Source: Bugula neritina
Taxonomy: Eukaryota > Animalia > Bryozoa
Length of the DNA stretch: 64,000 nucleotides
Direction of reading: 5' to 3'
Assembly (NCBI GenBank): GCA_964035545.1
Contig: OZ037768.1
Location: 15,855,875 to 15,919,874 of the forward strand
Positions within the stretch are counted from its first letter, which is position 1, and each line of letters begins with the position of its first letter. Of this stretch, positions 24,401 to 39,620 are shown one piece after another. A program made the position numbers and the translations under genes. The notes beneath the pieces were generated by a model. The model did no database searches. It saw nothing but the letters and a program-made list of their open reading frames with translations, and had not been told where the DNA came from.

Positions 24401-27400
24401 CTTATGACATCATCTCCTGTGATACTGCCCTTCCTGTTGAATACCTTGTCTGTGGTACTAATTAGACTATCTGAGTCTTACTTCAGGTTCACTAAGCAAT
24501 AGTTTCTCTCTCATTGATCAGCTCTAATCAACTTTTGTACAGTCTTTATTAATACTGCAACAGGTGTAGACCTATGCTTGTTTCCCACTAGAAATATGTT
24601 TCTATCTCTGTCAATGTAGTGGGATGGTGACTTCTTAATCTCTCTCATCTAATATCTTGTTATCCTATATAAACAGCCTGGTGTATCTCTTGTAGAGGAA
24701 GAGATCAGTGCTATGAGAGCAGAACTAGATAAATACGGAATACAAATGCCAGCTTTTGGTAAAATCGGCGGTATTTTAGCTAATGAAATGCCAGTGGATG
24801 AGGCAGCTTTACACGCTGCCGTTATTGCCATCAATGACGCCCTTGATAAGGATGATCAGCAGGTAATTTTTTGCTGTGCCGATTAGTGTTGCTATAATAG
24901 GACTGTTACTATATAGTCCTACATATACATATATATCAGTGTTTCAGGATTTGTCCCCTCATCAGCACTGATGGGTGTTCAAGCAGCTCTCCAAGTTCTA
25001 GAGATATTTGTGAATTACTGAATCAATAAACCTGCTTCACTCTGAATGTATCTTATTTAAGGGGACATTCCATGCTCTGAGTAACCCCATGGCTCTCCTC
25101 ACCAAATTAGATGATAATTTCATATCTGCTTATCACGAGGCCCTTCGCTCTGCTAAAAAGATGAAAGGGACAGATTCCAGCACCGCAGAAGTAGGTTATA
25201 ATACTCTATGCTAATCCCACTGTAATATTAATCTCACCTTCTGTATTTTCTCATGTCTTGCACTGTCATTTGACCTCTGTATTTTAGTTTTTTAATGAAC
25301 CTGCAGATAGGCTCGTTTTGTAATTTTGTATATGTTAAAATGAGTGGCCTTTGATGCTGGTATGTTCAATTCAATGAGTTTTGGCAGCTTGCTTTCAGGA
25401 CTATGATTAATACAATTTTAGCTAAACTTGATTTATTTTAGCACCAGAGATACTATAAAGCCATATTGCTTCCTAAATTGTTCAACATATAAAACCCTTT
25501 AATTATTCACCTTTCTAGCCCAAAAGTTGTGAGCAGGTAGGCTTTCTGATAATTTATCAATATGGTGACTCTTATCAGTGTATTCCCACATATTGATTCA
25601 TTATATCAGTGGGTGTGACTGAGATATGTTGAATTAAAATTAAACTGATCTTCTAATATCTGAGCTGTGAGTCACTGAATTAGTGATATTTTATTGCTCT
25701 GTGTTCTTTGGTGTGAGAGGTGATATTCTGTATAGTGTATAGCCATCTCTTCTAATCTACACTAGACCCCATGATTCTGTTACTCTTCATTAATTTTCTT
25801 AAACTACAGGTGGCTGGCTGGCTGTGCTCTCACCTACTCTTTAATTTTGTTGAACAAATTCCTTGGGAAATTTTTGTTTAGCTTTTCTCAATCTCTCATT
25901 ACTTATTTAAAAATAATAAAAAGAAACTCCCAAAATGGCTGGGAAATTTTTCTTTTATGATTTACTTCTTCTCTGAGCCTATAATGCATTCTATGCATTT
26001 AGGTTGAGCTTTCTATCATTACTTTATTAATGTGTACACCTCTGTATTTTTGAAATGCTAATCTATGAAATATAATGTTAATGTTTTCAATTATATCAAT
26101 TTATTTAGTTACAATATGCTTCAACAATGTCGCATTATTAAGAATTACTGTTGAGGAGACTACATTGCGGTTCTGCTGGAAGCTCCTGAATTGTTGGTGT
26201 ATTTTACAGGGTACTGTTAGTGTGAAAACAGAAGAGAAAGATATCTATGATGTGATTCTAACGCAAGCGGAAATACAAGCAGAGATTTCTGTAACTAACT
26301 GTAAGTACACATACATAATGTGCTGACCCTCACGCAGACAAGCCCACGAATGCACACAAGCACACGTAGTTATTAAATTTGTTGTTCCTTAGCTACTCAA
26401 TCAAATTGCAAATTTTCTTCCAACTCAAAGCGTAGAACTCAATGCAAATTTCAACACTCCAATTCTTTTATTTAGTGGAACAAACACTGAGAGAAGTTGA
26501 CAATGCTCTCTTGGAAAGAAGTCTGTCAAAGCTAAAGAGCTCCCTGACTTCATCTCATCTCAAGTTGTTGAACATAAATTTAGACAACCTCGAGTCCTAC
26601 TTGGATGCACTACTCAAGTTACACGAAAAGGAACAGGTTTTTATTATAGATATTTCCACATTTTCAATGAAAGTTTTGTAACACGTGTATTATTTGCTTA
26701 TTAAATTCAATTTTACAAACTTGCTGATCGAATTGCACTGAACCGTATATAAATTAGAAACACTTACTTTCACAAATTATACTTATAAATCATAATAGTA
26801 AAACTCTAAGGCTAATAGTGTTATATTTTCATTACAGGGCGATGAGGGTTTTTCAAAGTTAAGCAAGCAAGACATTCAAGACACAATAAATTCAGTGAAT
26901 ATGGATTGCGACTTTGAGTATCAAAGTAAGTGAATTGAGTTGTAATTTTCTAGAATATTCTTTGGATGCTGAGAGTTTGCTGAACATAAAGTATATTTCA
27001 TTCTATTGTATTGGAGTACTATGAAGATTATTTTCTCATGTTAGTGTATTAATATATTCACAGGTTTTGTAAAGTGGCCAGTAACGCTTTTAAAATGTTG
27101 ATTTGGCAAATAATTTAGTAAAGATTTGCCAGAAGCATGTTTAACTTAGAAGTGTAAAGTAAATGGTAAAATTTATGAAACTGTGTTGATACTAATATTT
27201 TGACAACTCTTGTTGTTATCTTTTTCTTGCTTCTACAGCTTTGAAGTTAGTAAAACGATTCATAACTTGATCATTTCTTTTGAGCATAATTTCATGCCTT
27301 TTTAATATTTATTATATATATATCAAATGTAACTATGTAAAGTAACGAGTTTTTTTATAATTTTTACTTTGACTCCAGCAATGGTAATTGTTTTATTAGT

Positions 27401-30400
27401 GTTGATATATTTTAATAAAACTTGCCAACTGTTTTACTAACCTACATTTAAATAAGTAAGCTTTCAGTAAATCATTTGTTTTTCACCCGATTCCTGCTTG
27501 CACCTTAGTTTAATTTTGTTTCTCATGTTATTCCTACTTTAGAGAACATATCTGTGGATAAAATAAATAAAGCCTTAAATTCAAGAAACAGAGATGCATT
27601 GTTTGAAGCATTATATGATCCTAAGGCTAAATATCCACCAGTTCTCAACTTTGCATCGGATCTCTACTTTGAAGAATTTGCTGTAATAAGAGAGGATAAA
27701 GGGGTAGGTCTATGTTATATCCTGAGAGTAAAGGGTGGGTCTATATTATACCCTTACTGCGGTACTACGAGATTATATGATGGTGGAGGGGTTATTATTT
27801 TACTGTAATACTCTATAATAGAGAAAGATAGATGATTTAATTTGTGACACTATTCACCGGTTATAATTTATAAAGTGATAAACCAGCCTGCCACATCTCA
27901 TGACTTGTGTGTCTACAGGAGGATCTGGTGTATGCAGAAGTTCATGGTGGTGTGAAGGTGCTTACAGCGGTTGCTAAGGTAAACAAAGCAATAGCTTCAT
28001 CTACAGAAGAGCTGCTTGCTTGTCTCAATGAAGAAGATGTACATATAATGGCTGTAGAGGCTGAAAACATTGCAGTCTATCAACAGGATATGGCATCAGC
28101 TCTCCAAAACAAGCAAGAGGTAAGCTTTCTTTTGTAGCTGTCTTGTTTATATAAAGAATATTGTTAATCTTTACACTATATGTTACGTAGTCACTGTGCG
28201 TGTGCTTCTAATCAAATACCACCTCTACAGAACAACAATGCTCATAGCAACCATCCAATGTCAGCCATCTGTCGAATTTCATTTATCACCAGAGAGCGAT
28301 AGGTATCTAGTCACCTTCATCAACTGCCGGGCAATTGGTGGTTATAAATATATTATCTATTAATAGTTACTAACACAAAATTATAATTGTTTTACATACT
28401 TATATTTTTATTTATTTTTAAACTTATTAACTAGATTAGGAAAAAAGGCATAAATCAACTATTAAAAATAGTCTCATGAAGATCAGAAAGATTGCACAAA
28501 ATTTGTCTATCTTTGACAAGTTCTACTATAATATAATACTCAAGTATGCTGCAAGTTTTGTTAAGGGAAATTTTAATTAAAATAAGCTTGTTTAAGTGTA
28601 TTTGGAGCAGCTGTCGTCTAGAGATTAGAGCGTTTGCGTAGTAAGCACAAAGTTATGGGTTCGAACCCCGACAAAGACCATTGGTGATGTTAGGAAGAAC
28701 ATCCAATCATAATTGCTCCTGTGTCTGGTGTAAATAAGTCCTTAGCCCGCTTTAACAAAAACCCTTTCTATCAGGGGTTTCTCACAGGGATAGCGACTAT
28801 AAACTAGCGTGAGTTTAAGTGCATTGGTTTTTCATGTTTATTATCTCTAGTTGTTGCTGACTGAAAATATTCAAACCTAGTCACCTCTTAAGCTGATACC
28901 TGGTTCGATTAGTTTATATTGAAACTTTAATTAAATTGGCTCGGTCACCCTGAACTATCAGACCATTCAATAAGCACTATTTAGATTGAATTGTTGAATA
29001 GGCCACAACACTTGTCTTTAAATATCTCTTTACTAATACAAATTGCCATGACCTGGCCAACCATAAGTTAATGAATACAATATAAATTGTCCTCTACAAT
29101 TTTACTGTTTTTAGTTGACTGACTGCACTCTTCTGAGCAGCCCCAATTGGTTTTTTTATGTAATTATGAAGATTTTTCACAACTCGAAATAATCTAAGAA
29201 ATTGGATTCAGATTTAGTATCATTAGAGGGTCATTAAAATGTAGACATAATGTATAGCATAAGCTAATGTTTAGTGACATGGGCTTGCTGTATTGTCACA
29301 TTATTCATTACAGATGACCAACACCCTACTCACTCATTCCGAGTTGCAGGAGCTTATTGATGTGGCCAATGATAATGTGAAAACCGAGCAGACTCGTAAG
29401 TCTAACTTTATGTCCTACAAACTTAAAGGGCTCTGTTAAAATGAAAAATAAATGAGAACAAGTATTTGTATTGCTTTTTGTATTGTCTTTATTGCTTGGT
29501 ATGTTGTCTACCTTGGAGAAGATTGAAACTGCAGTCTCTCAATCTTTTCTTTTATTGATTTTGATATTGTTAGTATTTTCCCAGCTGTTTTGCAATAGCT
29601 TTTGTGGAATAGTTTTAATAGACATGTATAGAATATATCCTAGTTCAATAACAGAAATAGATCAGCTGGGAGCAGTCTACAAAAACCTGGGAAAAATGAG
29701 TAGATGCTTGACATCTAGTGGTTGTATCTTGCTAGAATTGGCAAACAAAATAACTGGAATGCACAGCATCTACAGTATGTTTTCTGATTTCCAGGGCTTA
29801 GACTTGTGGAGGAGATCAATGATGTCTTATCTAATGCCAAAGCAGAAGACCTGTTTGTCCTTCTGACAAATGAGGCTTTGCAGTTTGAAAATGTCTTCCC
29901 AGAGCTAGCTGTTCTCTACTATAACTGTCTTGCCAAATTGAAAAATAGCCACCCTGAAGTACGTTGCATATGCCATTCTGCTTGGAAAATACTTTATTAA
30001 TGTTGACTCTAAAACAACTACGGGTTAATACGATACTCCATTTTAGGGCCAATCACTAAGGTGGAATGAGATTCAGTCTGCAATAAATTTAGCTGACGCC
30101 CAGGCAGCACACGGAATCCTAGGTTAGTTATGTTTGGCCAACGCTTATAGAGTAACTCACTTTATCAGCTTACAAATCAGTGTTTCTCATTTTTCATAAA
30201 GGTAATATTTTTTATGTAACTTCGCGTTGAAATTTAATGCAATCCTGACTACATTTATCAATTTAAAATATAAGATGACAGTTTCACAGTGAAGTACATG
30301 TCTAAACCTGTATTTAGTAGAGGATTTGTACTGTTTTTTCAATGCAATACAGTTTCTGCTAGCCCTACATTTTTATTTTGAATCTGCAGTTGCCAAAGCA

Positions 30401-33400
30401 GTGATAGCTATTAACAATGCGGTGACTGAGGCCTCTATAGATCAGCTGTGTTCAGCTCTTACTGAACAGGAACTGAAGGTTAAAAATGTCAATGTGAACT
30501 GCTGCAAGCACTACCTGGAGAAGCTGGATGAAGCTAGGAAGGAAAGATCTAACAATGGTTTGTGTATAGCGATTGGTGTAAGAGGACAGGTTACTGTTGA
30601 ACTTGATGACAGGAATGGGCGGGGTTAGCTGGTGCAGGCAGTAGATATTGTGTAATGCAGTTCTTCTATAGTTCCTTAAAAATTGATTTCTGGATGTTAT
30701 GTAGCCTAGGTGCAGTTTCTGGTTGTCTCTGAATAATGTGATGAAGTTGCCAACATACTATCTGAAATACTGTTGTAGACAAAGTAAAGATCAATTACAT
30801 ATATAGCAGGCTTCTAAAATTCTAAAATGCTAAACTAGTTGTTCAACATGTTTTTCTCTTGAATAAAGTAGGACATACCTTTGGTGGAGTTTTACTGGTA
30901 ATTAGAAAAATGTTGAGAGTAAAGCTTTGAATAAATATCTTGAAATGGTTACACAGCGGAGGAGGGCGCCGAGTGGCTAAATGTGGAACTGCCTGATGGC
31001 ACAGAGATGTATTACAACTTACTGAATGGTGAACATCGATGGGAAGTCACTGATGATATGCTCTTTGACTCATCGCTTCTCACTTGGGATGAGATTCAAG
31101 TACTCCATTATATTATAGAATATCATATGTGTTAGAGAATATCATGTGTTATAGAATAGCATATGTGTTATAGAATAGCATATGTGTGATAGAATAGCAT
31201 ATGTGTGTTCTATAATATTATGGGTGTTGTATAGTATTATAGGTGTTATAGAATATTATAGGTGTTCTATAATAATATGGGTGTTATAGAATCTGATAAG
31301 TCAGTCTACAGCTGAAGAAGATCGAAAAGTTTTCCTTAACTCAAATGAGGATAAGATCATTAAGTTACAATCTGCATATAAGGGTTATAGAGCTCGTAAA
31401 CAGTACACTGATAGATTAAACTATCTGAAAAATCAAGAGCCGCAGGCATTGAAAATTCAGGTAATTGTGCTTTTATACTTCCTTGATATTTATTCCATCA
31501 AATACTTACAATATAATTTTGTCTTTCTAGAAATGTGTCAAAAAAACAACAAAAGTAAGTTAAATCTTCAATTCTAAGTTAGCTGTTTGCTATTTTTATT
31601 TCTTTTCTGGCTTAACTGCTGTTGTAATTTTATTGAAGAATACGGTAACAATGAATAGTAAGCAAGCATATTGGGCACATGTGAAAGTTTGCCCTGACAT
31701 TTATAGTTAAAGTTAGTAGATAATGCTATTGGACCTGCTTTGGCATGCTGTAAGAGGAAACATACTTTGCCAATTTGGCTGTACCAGTAAATTTGCATGA
31801 GCTATTTTACTGGTTTCATTTTCATCAACTTGTAAAATTGTATGACAATATGCTGATAATATGGATTAAGTTATCAAAGTGAATTCGTTCTAGTGTGTTA
31901 TTGAATTAATTGTTTGGTTGTTGAAACTTTGTTGGTGTTAAAAGTGTTGCTTATCTTTTATTTCACTCATAAGAAATATAAAATTGTTGGGATATATGTT
32001 AGTTAAACCTTGTTGCATTTGACACTAGCGTAAAATGGTATTGCATTAAATTTAACGATTTTAGTTTTTTTCCTTAATTTCAAAATGCACATATTAATAA
32101 ATTGTTTATTTTTTCTTCTTAAATCTGTGACTTCATGTGTTGTGAAGGTGTTGCATCTTCGTATTTATACAGATAGCAAATACTTGAATACATTTCAGGC
32201 ATGGGTCAAAGGTGTCCAGCAAAAGAAGGCGTACAAAACTCGACAAAAGCTCTTTCAAGCTAATGAAGGTTCAATAATCAAGGTGACTATTTAAGCATTA
32301 GTGTTACTGTTTAGCATCTGACATAATCACCTTGTAGTTGTCGAATAACATCATGTACTCTATGACGTTGATTCTAGCTACATTCACTCTGCATGGGTAT
32401 TGAGTTATCTTTTGCATTACAGTATACTTTATCAAGTTGTTTTGTAGATTCAATCTGCAGTTCGATCATTTCTGACTCGAAAGGCATATAAAAATCGGCT
32501 CAACTTTTTGGCAAATCAGTCCGATTCTGTTATAAAGATTCAAGCGGCATGGAGAGGGAAAAAGACTCGTTCCGACTACCAGTCCCTGAGTATGTATTGT
32601 TATCTTTCTATAGTTTCAATTCTATCTTATTTTGAATACGTGAAAATTTTTAGGATATCAATTTCTTCCTAATTAATTTATTTTTTTCATTTGGTAATAC
32701 ATATTATAATACTGGTGGCTCTACAGTAGTGGCCTATGGAGTTTGTAGCATTAGCTACCTCATGTTCTACCTTAGCTGGGGCGCATTTTCGGCACTGGAT
32801 AAATGTATAAGATGCCAGATTACAATGTCAAGTAAATTCGCCCTCTCAAAGTGTCAATCAAATGAAACTGCAACCATAAGTTGATGCAAATGAAGCCACA
32901 AATTCATTTATCCAACTAGTTTCAAACCGGTATAATTTATAAAATATATCCTGTATTGCTGAACTCAAATTTACTTAACTCATACACCAGTAAATTTTCA
33001 TTTCATTTAAAAATCTGGATAAAAAACCTCACACAAGTTTGTAGTTGCCATCCCTTTAAAAATCTTCTGATGGAAGGGTTTTTTGTTAAATTGTGCTAAG
33101 AACTTATTCAGATGGGGCACAGGAGCAATTATGACTGGATCATCACTAACATCACCAATGGCCTTTACTGGGGTTTGAACCCATGACTTAGTGATTACTA
33201 AGTCAAGTGCTTTAAGCCCTTGACCACGGCTGCTCCCTTTTTGAAAATCTGAATACAATCTGAATACTTGGTGTAAAATACCATAGGATTGCTTTTTTAT
33301 TTAGTTTCGTATAATAATGTGTATTTATGTTTGGATTTGGATGTTATATTTCATACTAGATAGCATAAAAGTTAAGCAAAGTGTTATAATCCATGCTAGA

Positions 33401-34922
33401 AGCATTCCAATTTCATTATGTGAGTTTGTATGGGGCAGCTATGACTATTATATTGAAGCAGCGTTTATGAACCACCAGTAACAAACAACTAAATTTAACA
33501 GAGTTGTAATCAAAGAGAAAATTGGGTTCACCACATCTCACAGTAGCTCTGGTGATGCTCAATCCAAGGCAACAGCCTGAGTGGAAGGTTGTGTGATTAC
33601 TCTACCCACTATGGGTTTCTAGTGTGGTTACACCTTGAGTTGTTGTTGGTGTTGCACTGTTTGCTATGTATAAAAGTGTTCACAGTAGAACATGTATAGG
33701 AGCACATTTACGACTGCTACATGGCTCACTGCAAAGTGGAGTCTAGCTTAGTTGTAGATTTGGTGTACACTAAGCTTAAGTGGTTTAACACAGTTTATCT
33801 TTTGGTCTTACTATTTGCCATGTGTCAGACAGCACTTTAATTACCAACAGCAATTCATACATTTATTCAGGACAACATAAATATAATATATAATAATTAT
33901 AGGTGTGAATAGTAAAGGCTATTGACATTAGCCTCTCAAGTCTAATCTGACTGCCATGTCTTTATCAAGAGAGAATAACTGTGAAATACACGGGGCTCAA
34001 ACCACCAATGCACTTTCATACTAGTTGACTGTGTTCCTTGTAGTAATAGTGTCACGTGTGTTGTTGCAGTGTTTGCTGAGTACCCTCCCCTGAATGTAGT
34101 GAGAAAGTTTGCCCACTTACTAGACCAGAGTGACACTGACTATGCTGAGGAAATAGGTAGTCATATTACACTAACATAATATTTTAATCTCTAACTTGTA
34201 AACCATTGTATGTCTTCTATATAATAAGTGTAAGTAGTAACTGATCTCACGCCATTTCAAAACATATTTTAACATAATATTATATATACATGCTCAGATG
34301 TTACTAGTATCGTAAATTATTGCCGTGTTTTAGATTGTTATTTTGTTTTAAGTTTATTATTTTGAAATGCAATCTATGCCAGGTATAAAATAAAATACTC
34401 GATAAAATTTGTTCTTGCAATACACAAATGCCTTCATTAAGGTCTTTTAAGCATCTGCCCACAATATGTTGTGCAGATGTAACTACCATCGATGTGTTCG
34501 TATTATCTGAACTGTTTTAACAGTAACTCCAATTATGTTTAGAGGTGCAAAAGCAAAGACAGGAAATCGTAGCCGCTATACGCCATAACCAACAGTTGGA
34601 GAAAGATGCAAGTAACATGGATATTAAAATTGGCCTTCTGGTCAAGAACCGCATAACGCTAGAGGTGCATATAACTTCTGCTGCCTACTATTGCTACTCA
34701 CTACTGTTACTACTCACTACCTATTACTACTCACTACTATTACTACTCACTACTATTACTACTCGCTACTGTCACTTATTGCCTCTATTACTAGTCACTA
34801 CTGTTACTCACTACTATTACTACTCACTACTACTACTACTCACTACTATTACTCACTACTATTACTAGTCACTACTATTACTACTCACTACTATTACTAC
34901 TTACTACTCACTACTACTACTA

Positions 34923-35005
<83 letters not shown>

Positions 35006-38000
35006 GCTACTACTACTACTACTATTACTACTCACTACTACTACTATCACTACTCACTACTGCTACTACTACTCACTACTATTGCTACTATTTCTCCACC
35101 ATAGGAAGTTGTCACACATGAAGGTAAACTGTCCAAGAAAGAGCAGGGGTTGGCCTGTGCAGTCGGTGCAGGTCTAGACAGTCTAAATAAAGAGAGTCAC
35201 GAGAGGCGAAAAGCGTATGAACACCTTTTCTACCAACTTCAGGTAGTTTTACTCAATTATATTCAATATAACTCGAGCTGTTACAAACAATGACCAAATC
35301 AGTGTATTAGTGTGACCTTCGGTGCATCTATAGCATAGTTTCTGGTACATTTCATATACTAGGAGCTCCCGCACATTAATAATTTAATAAATAATGTGCA
35401 ATTAATTTTTTTACTCATTTGTAGCTTTCTATTTGCTCTTAGTAGTTGTAGTGCCATATCTTTTTTTCTTTGTATGTGTGTACGAAACCTTCTCAGCTTT
35501 AACTGACACAATGCGTTACTGAAATGTTAATAAAAGTACTGTATTCTTACACAATTTTCAATGCCAACATTGTCAAATACGCAAATGCATTTCTAGTACC
35601 ATTATTATTGCGAAAGTAAAGTTGTCTGTTTTTTGTGCTCGTTCCTTGATGAAGATGATTAAATATGCTCCTAGTGATTCTCAATGTTTTCATCAAATAA
35701 CTCTTTTAATTTATGTTAATGGTTTCTGACATTGTTTATTTACACTTAGAAGCTAGTCAATACAAGTGCAATAAAAATATGCTAAAATCCTCCTTCCCCA
35801 AAAAACGAAATAAATTCAGCATGAAGTATTAAGCTGAATATGTGAATATATATTCTTAGCAATCATATTATGATCTTTAAATGTTTATAGTTTGGTGGTG
35901 CTTTAGAGTAATAACACATTGTTTCAGTAACTTATGGGTGATCCCAAAATGTGTTCAGATTATTTTCTTCTTTCTGCCAAATTTGTGTTGGTTTTCATAT
36001 CATCTTATTGGTTTGATGATCAGGTGGAGCCACAGTATCTGGCCAGACTGATCTTAGAGATGCCTCAACAGCAAAGCACTAAGTTTATAGAGTCTGTTAT
36101 ACTCACTCTTTACAACTATGCATCTAATCCTCGCGATGAATATCTTCTACTGAAACTTTTTTCCACGTCTCTCAGACAAGAGATCATGCAGTCTATCGAA
36201 AATATGACTGACATTGTAACAGGAACTCCTTTGGCCATCAAGATGGTGGTGGATTTTCACAGGTGGGTCATATGCTTCTCTGCCGGTGCTGTAAATGTAT
36301 ACATCTGGTAATATTCTGTGAGAAAGCAAAATAAAGCTGTTGATTGCAAAATTAAACGGTTTCAAGGAGTTGAGAAACTTGGTAAGATATTAATACTCAC
36401 ACAAGTTTAGAATCACTATCCTTGTTAAAGGAAGCTATGGGCTTGTTCATATGTGACACAGGAGCAATTATGACTGGATGCTCTTTTACAGGGATCGAAC
36501 CCATTACTTCATGGTTACTAAGCTAGTGCTCTAACCCTTAGACCACGGCTGCTCCTTAAACTTAGCAAGACATTACTCTGTATTATTGCATTATACAGTA
36601 TAGTTATTCTGAATAGTGTTAGTTGAGTTGAAAATTGCTGCATTTGAAACTAAGTGCAGTACTGAAAGTATTAAGAAAAGCCTGGGTTCTAGATGAGGAA
36701 TATAGCAAGAGAAGTTTCAGCAACTCGCGCTCCAAACCAAAATTCCTAATGACAATTAAATAACCTAACCTATTGAAATTTCTCTGTTACTGCACTTGAG
36801 CAGTTACGCTGAAGTAGTAGTCACATTCACACTGTCACATTCTCATTGGTTTTATAGGAATGCCAGAGGTCACAGTTACCTCAGAGATATGCTGAACCCT
36901 CTTATAACTTCTCTGTTGGAAGACACATCTGTCAAAATCAATACAAACCCAACAGAAGTGTACAAGAACTGGGTGAACCAGCAAGAGACGGACTCTGGTG
37001 TACCAAGGTTGGTCTTGATAAAGCATCTATTGGTTTGTACTTAGGGCGACATTTGGAATCAAAACTCTTCTACTTTGAAACTGTTTCCTCGTTCTGTTCT
37101 GTTCAGACTCCAATACAGAGGACGCATGAAAGTTCTATTTATACATATGTTGGTTTAATTTTAGCTTTTCAGTATTGATGAATAATGAGCATAATGTGGC
37201 ATTCATGAGAGAAAGTAATGCTGTAACATGTATCAGCACTGGATAAATACTCAAGAATATGGACATAATAAGCTATGCTAATTTTATTAATATAATAGCA
37301 AACTGTTATATTCCTTTACTGTTGGTGGATTGATGTAATAGCTATTTTTAACATTCATATTTGGCTTAAGTTGCTAAACATAGGAAACTGCATTCCTGAG
37401 AACTTACCTCTCCAGTACTGAGTTATCATAGAATATAGTCGTGACTGTGAAGTTTATGTGTTATACTGTGTGGCATATTGTGGTGCTGAGGCTAATCTGT
37501 TCAAACACACTGTTGACAAGTTTGGGTTGTGTTATGAAATCAACATGTCATAATAAAATAGTGAAAGCATTGGAACTATTATAGACATCAGGTTTTATAA
37601 TCAGTGTTGATAAAATCCTAAATTCAGACCAAATCTAAAGGATGCCAGACCTTTGAATGTTTGAGATGCTTTAGATAAGTGTGCGGTTGTACAAGTTGAG
37701 TGTTGTGCTCTCGCAGTCAGCTACCGTACGACGTGACCAATGAAGAGGCGTTGAAGCACAAGGAGATACAGGAACTGATGGAGGAGAGTATACAACAACT
37801 GAGGTCTTGGAGTGACAAGTTTCTCTCTCTAATTCTCTCTTCTCTAGACCACATACCTTACGGCATGAGATACATCTCTAGAGTCATGCTCCAATCTCTT
37901 ACTCAAAAGTTCCCTGAGGCATCAGAGAAGGACATACTGAAGGTAACCGTCACCTTAGTACACTGTTTACCTTAGCTAGATGCAACTGTGGCCGAGTGCC

Positions 38001-39548
38001 AGCTATGTGCTGGCCAGTGTATTACTTATTAGAGAATTGCATTGCTGTGTTGTAATAGTTTACCTCTCTAGTCTATTGTTTTTTATTTCATTTGTTAAAA
38101 GATTGTGGGAAACCTTCTCTACTATCGATATATAAATTCCACCATTGCTGCCCCTGATGCTTATGACATCATAGATATCGATATCGAGAAAGGAGGCCTA
38201 ACACCTGACCAGCGCCGTAACCTCGGTTCTATAGCTAAGATTCTACAGTTTGCTGCCTCAAATAAAGGGGTATGTTGATCCTATGAGTATGTAGTTCTCC
38301 TTCAACTGTACTTTATCTTTCTTTATGATGTAAGATAAGCCTGTTATTATTATGATTTGCTAAACTTTTATTGCATGCTTCAGGAGCCATGCTTTAGAGT
38401 TTAGATGCACCCACACTTGTATCAGTAGAAGTATAATTTAGTGGGTAGTTATCTGTTGTCATAAGAGTATTTTGCACATAGTTGTAGTACATGTAGTCCA
38501 GCGTTGTAGTAGTTCAGTTACCAGTCTCTCATGTATCAGTTTCTCAGCTCAACTGCAATCAGTAGAGGTATCATAAACACGTCAATCATACCTTTGACTG
38601 GTAAAACACCAGGTCGCTCTGGTCTTAGCAACTCACATACCTAAGAGATAGAAAAGTTTGTATCATTATGATTACCAAGAAAATAACATGTTGCTAGTAA
38701 GGAATAAAATAGAGCAAGCACTATCAGCATTTGTGCTGATTATTTCAAATTATCGCTTGCAACTGTTGCAGACGTGAGTTGGTATAATGTACAGTTGAAA
38801 ACATTAGTGGTGTTGAAATAATTAAGGTGTTGAAGCAAAAAAACTCTTAGCTGTGCTCTACTTGAGTTGGTATAAAAGCTTATTTTCATCTATTGAATGT
38901 AGCCTTGGCAACTATAAGACTGACAATCCAAGTGCACAGAGCTAAATTTACTGCTATATTACATTTACATAAGAGAAGGCATCTTTGAAAGAGCAAAACA
39001 ATAAAATACTGGCAAAATATTTGCACTTGAGATAATTCTTCAAATCAAACCGATTGCAATTGAACTGAGATTGATGCATGAAGAAAAGGTGAATAGATGT
39101 GTTATGTTGTGCTTATGGGCTTTCAGTTTGGAGGTGGTGACAGCCAACATCTTGCCTGTCTGAATTCATATATTAAAGGTTCCCATGAAAAGTTCAAGTA
39201 AGTAGTTAGAAATATTCTTTCCGATTTCTCACTTTCACATCATCTTACTCCAACATTTTTAGAACCTATTGGTTTTCTTACTCACTTAGAACTTGCAGTT
39301 AGGCATTGCTTGTTTTCACACTATAATTTTAACGTTTCAGATTGTATGTTATGATGTGTCAGCCAGTTTAACCAAAAGTCATTGCGTTGTTACTTTCTCA
39401 CCAAGAGTTGCCATCTCAGTGCAAGTGCCCATCTTAGTTTGTGTCTAAGTGGTTGTTCTAGTATAAGATGACATTTTTTCAGCTTTTCCAGGGTTCATGT
39501 AAGAAATAATTTTTTATAAAGCTGTAAGGGCAGTTTATATGCATCGTG

Positions 39549-39620
<72 letters not shown>

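Noticed and set aside
28604-28680. tRNA gene call for SINE heads
   Set aside because: No proper cloverleaf; they continue into a shared SINE body with TSDs.
31111-31292. CRISPR-like appearance of short repeats here and at 52561-52640
   Set aside because: Tandem units without unique spacers, eukaryotic context, no cas genes.
34691-35104. Poly-Thr mucin-like ORF; likewise the YI-repeat ORFs at 39495-39707
   Set aside because: Microsatellite translations inside IQGAP introns.
25059-38101. AAG acceptors at 25059-25061 and 38099-38101
   Set aside because: Uncommon but canonical; GT donors are ordinary, with no U12 signature.
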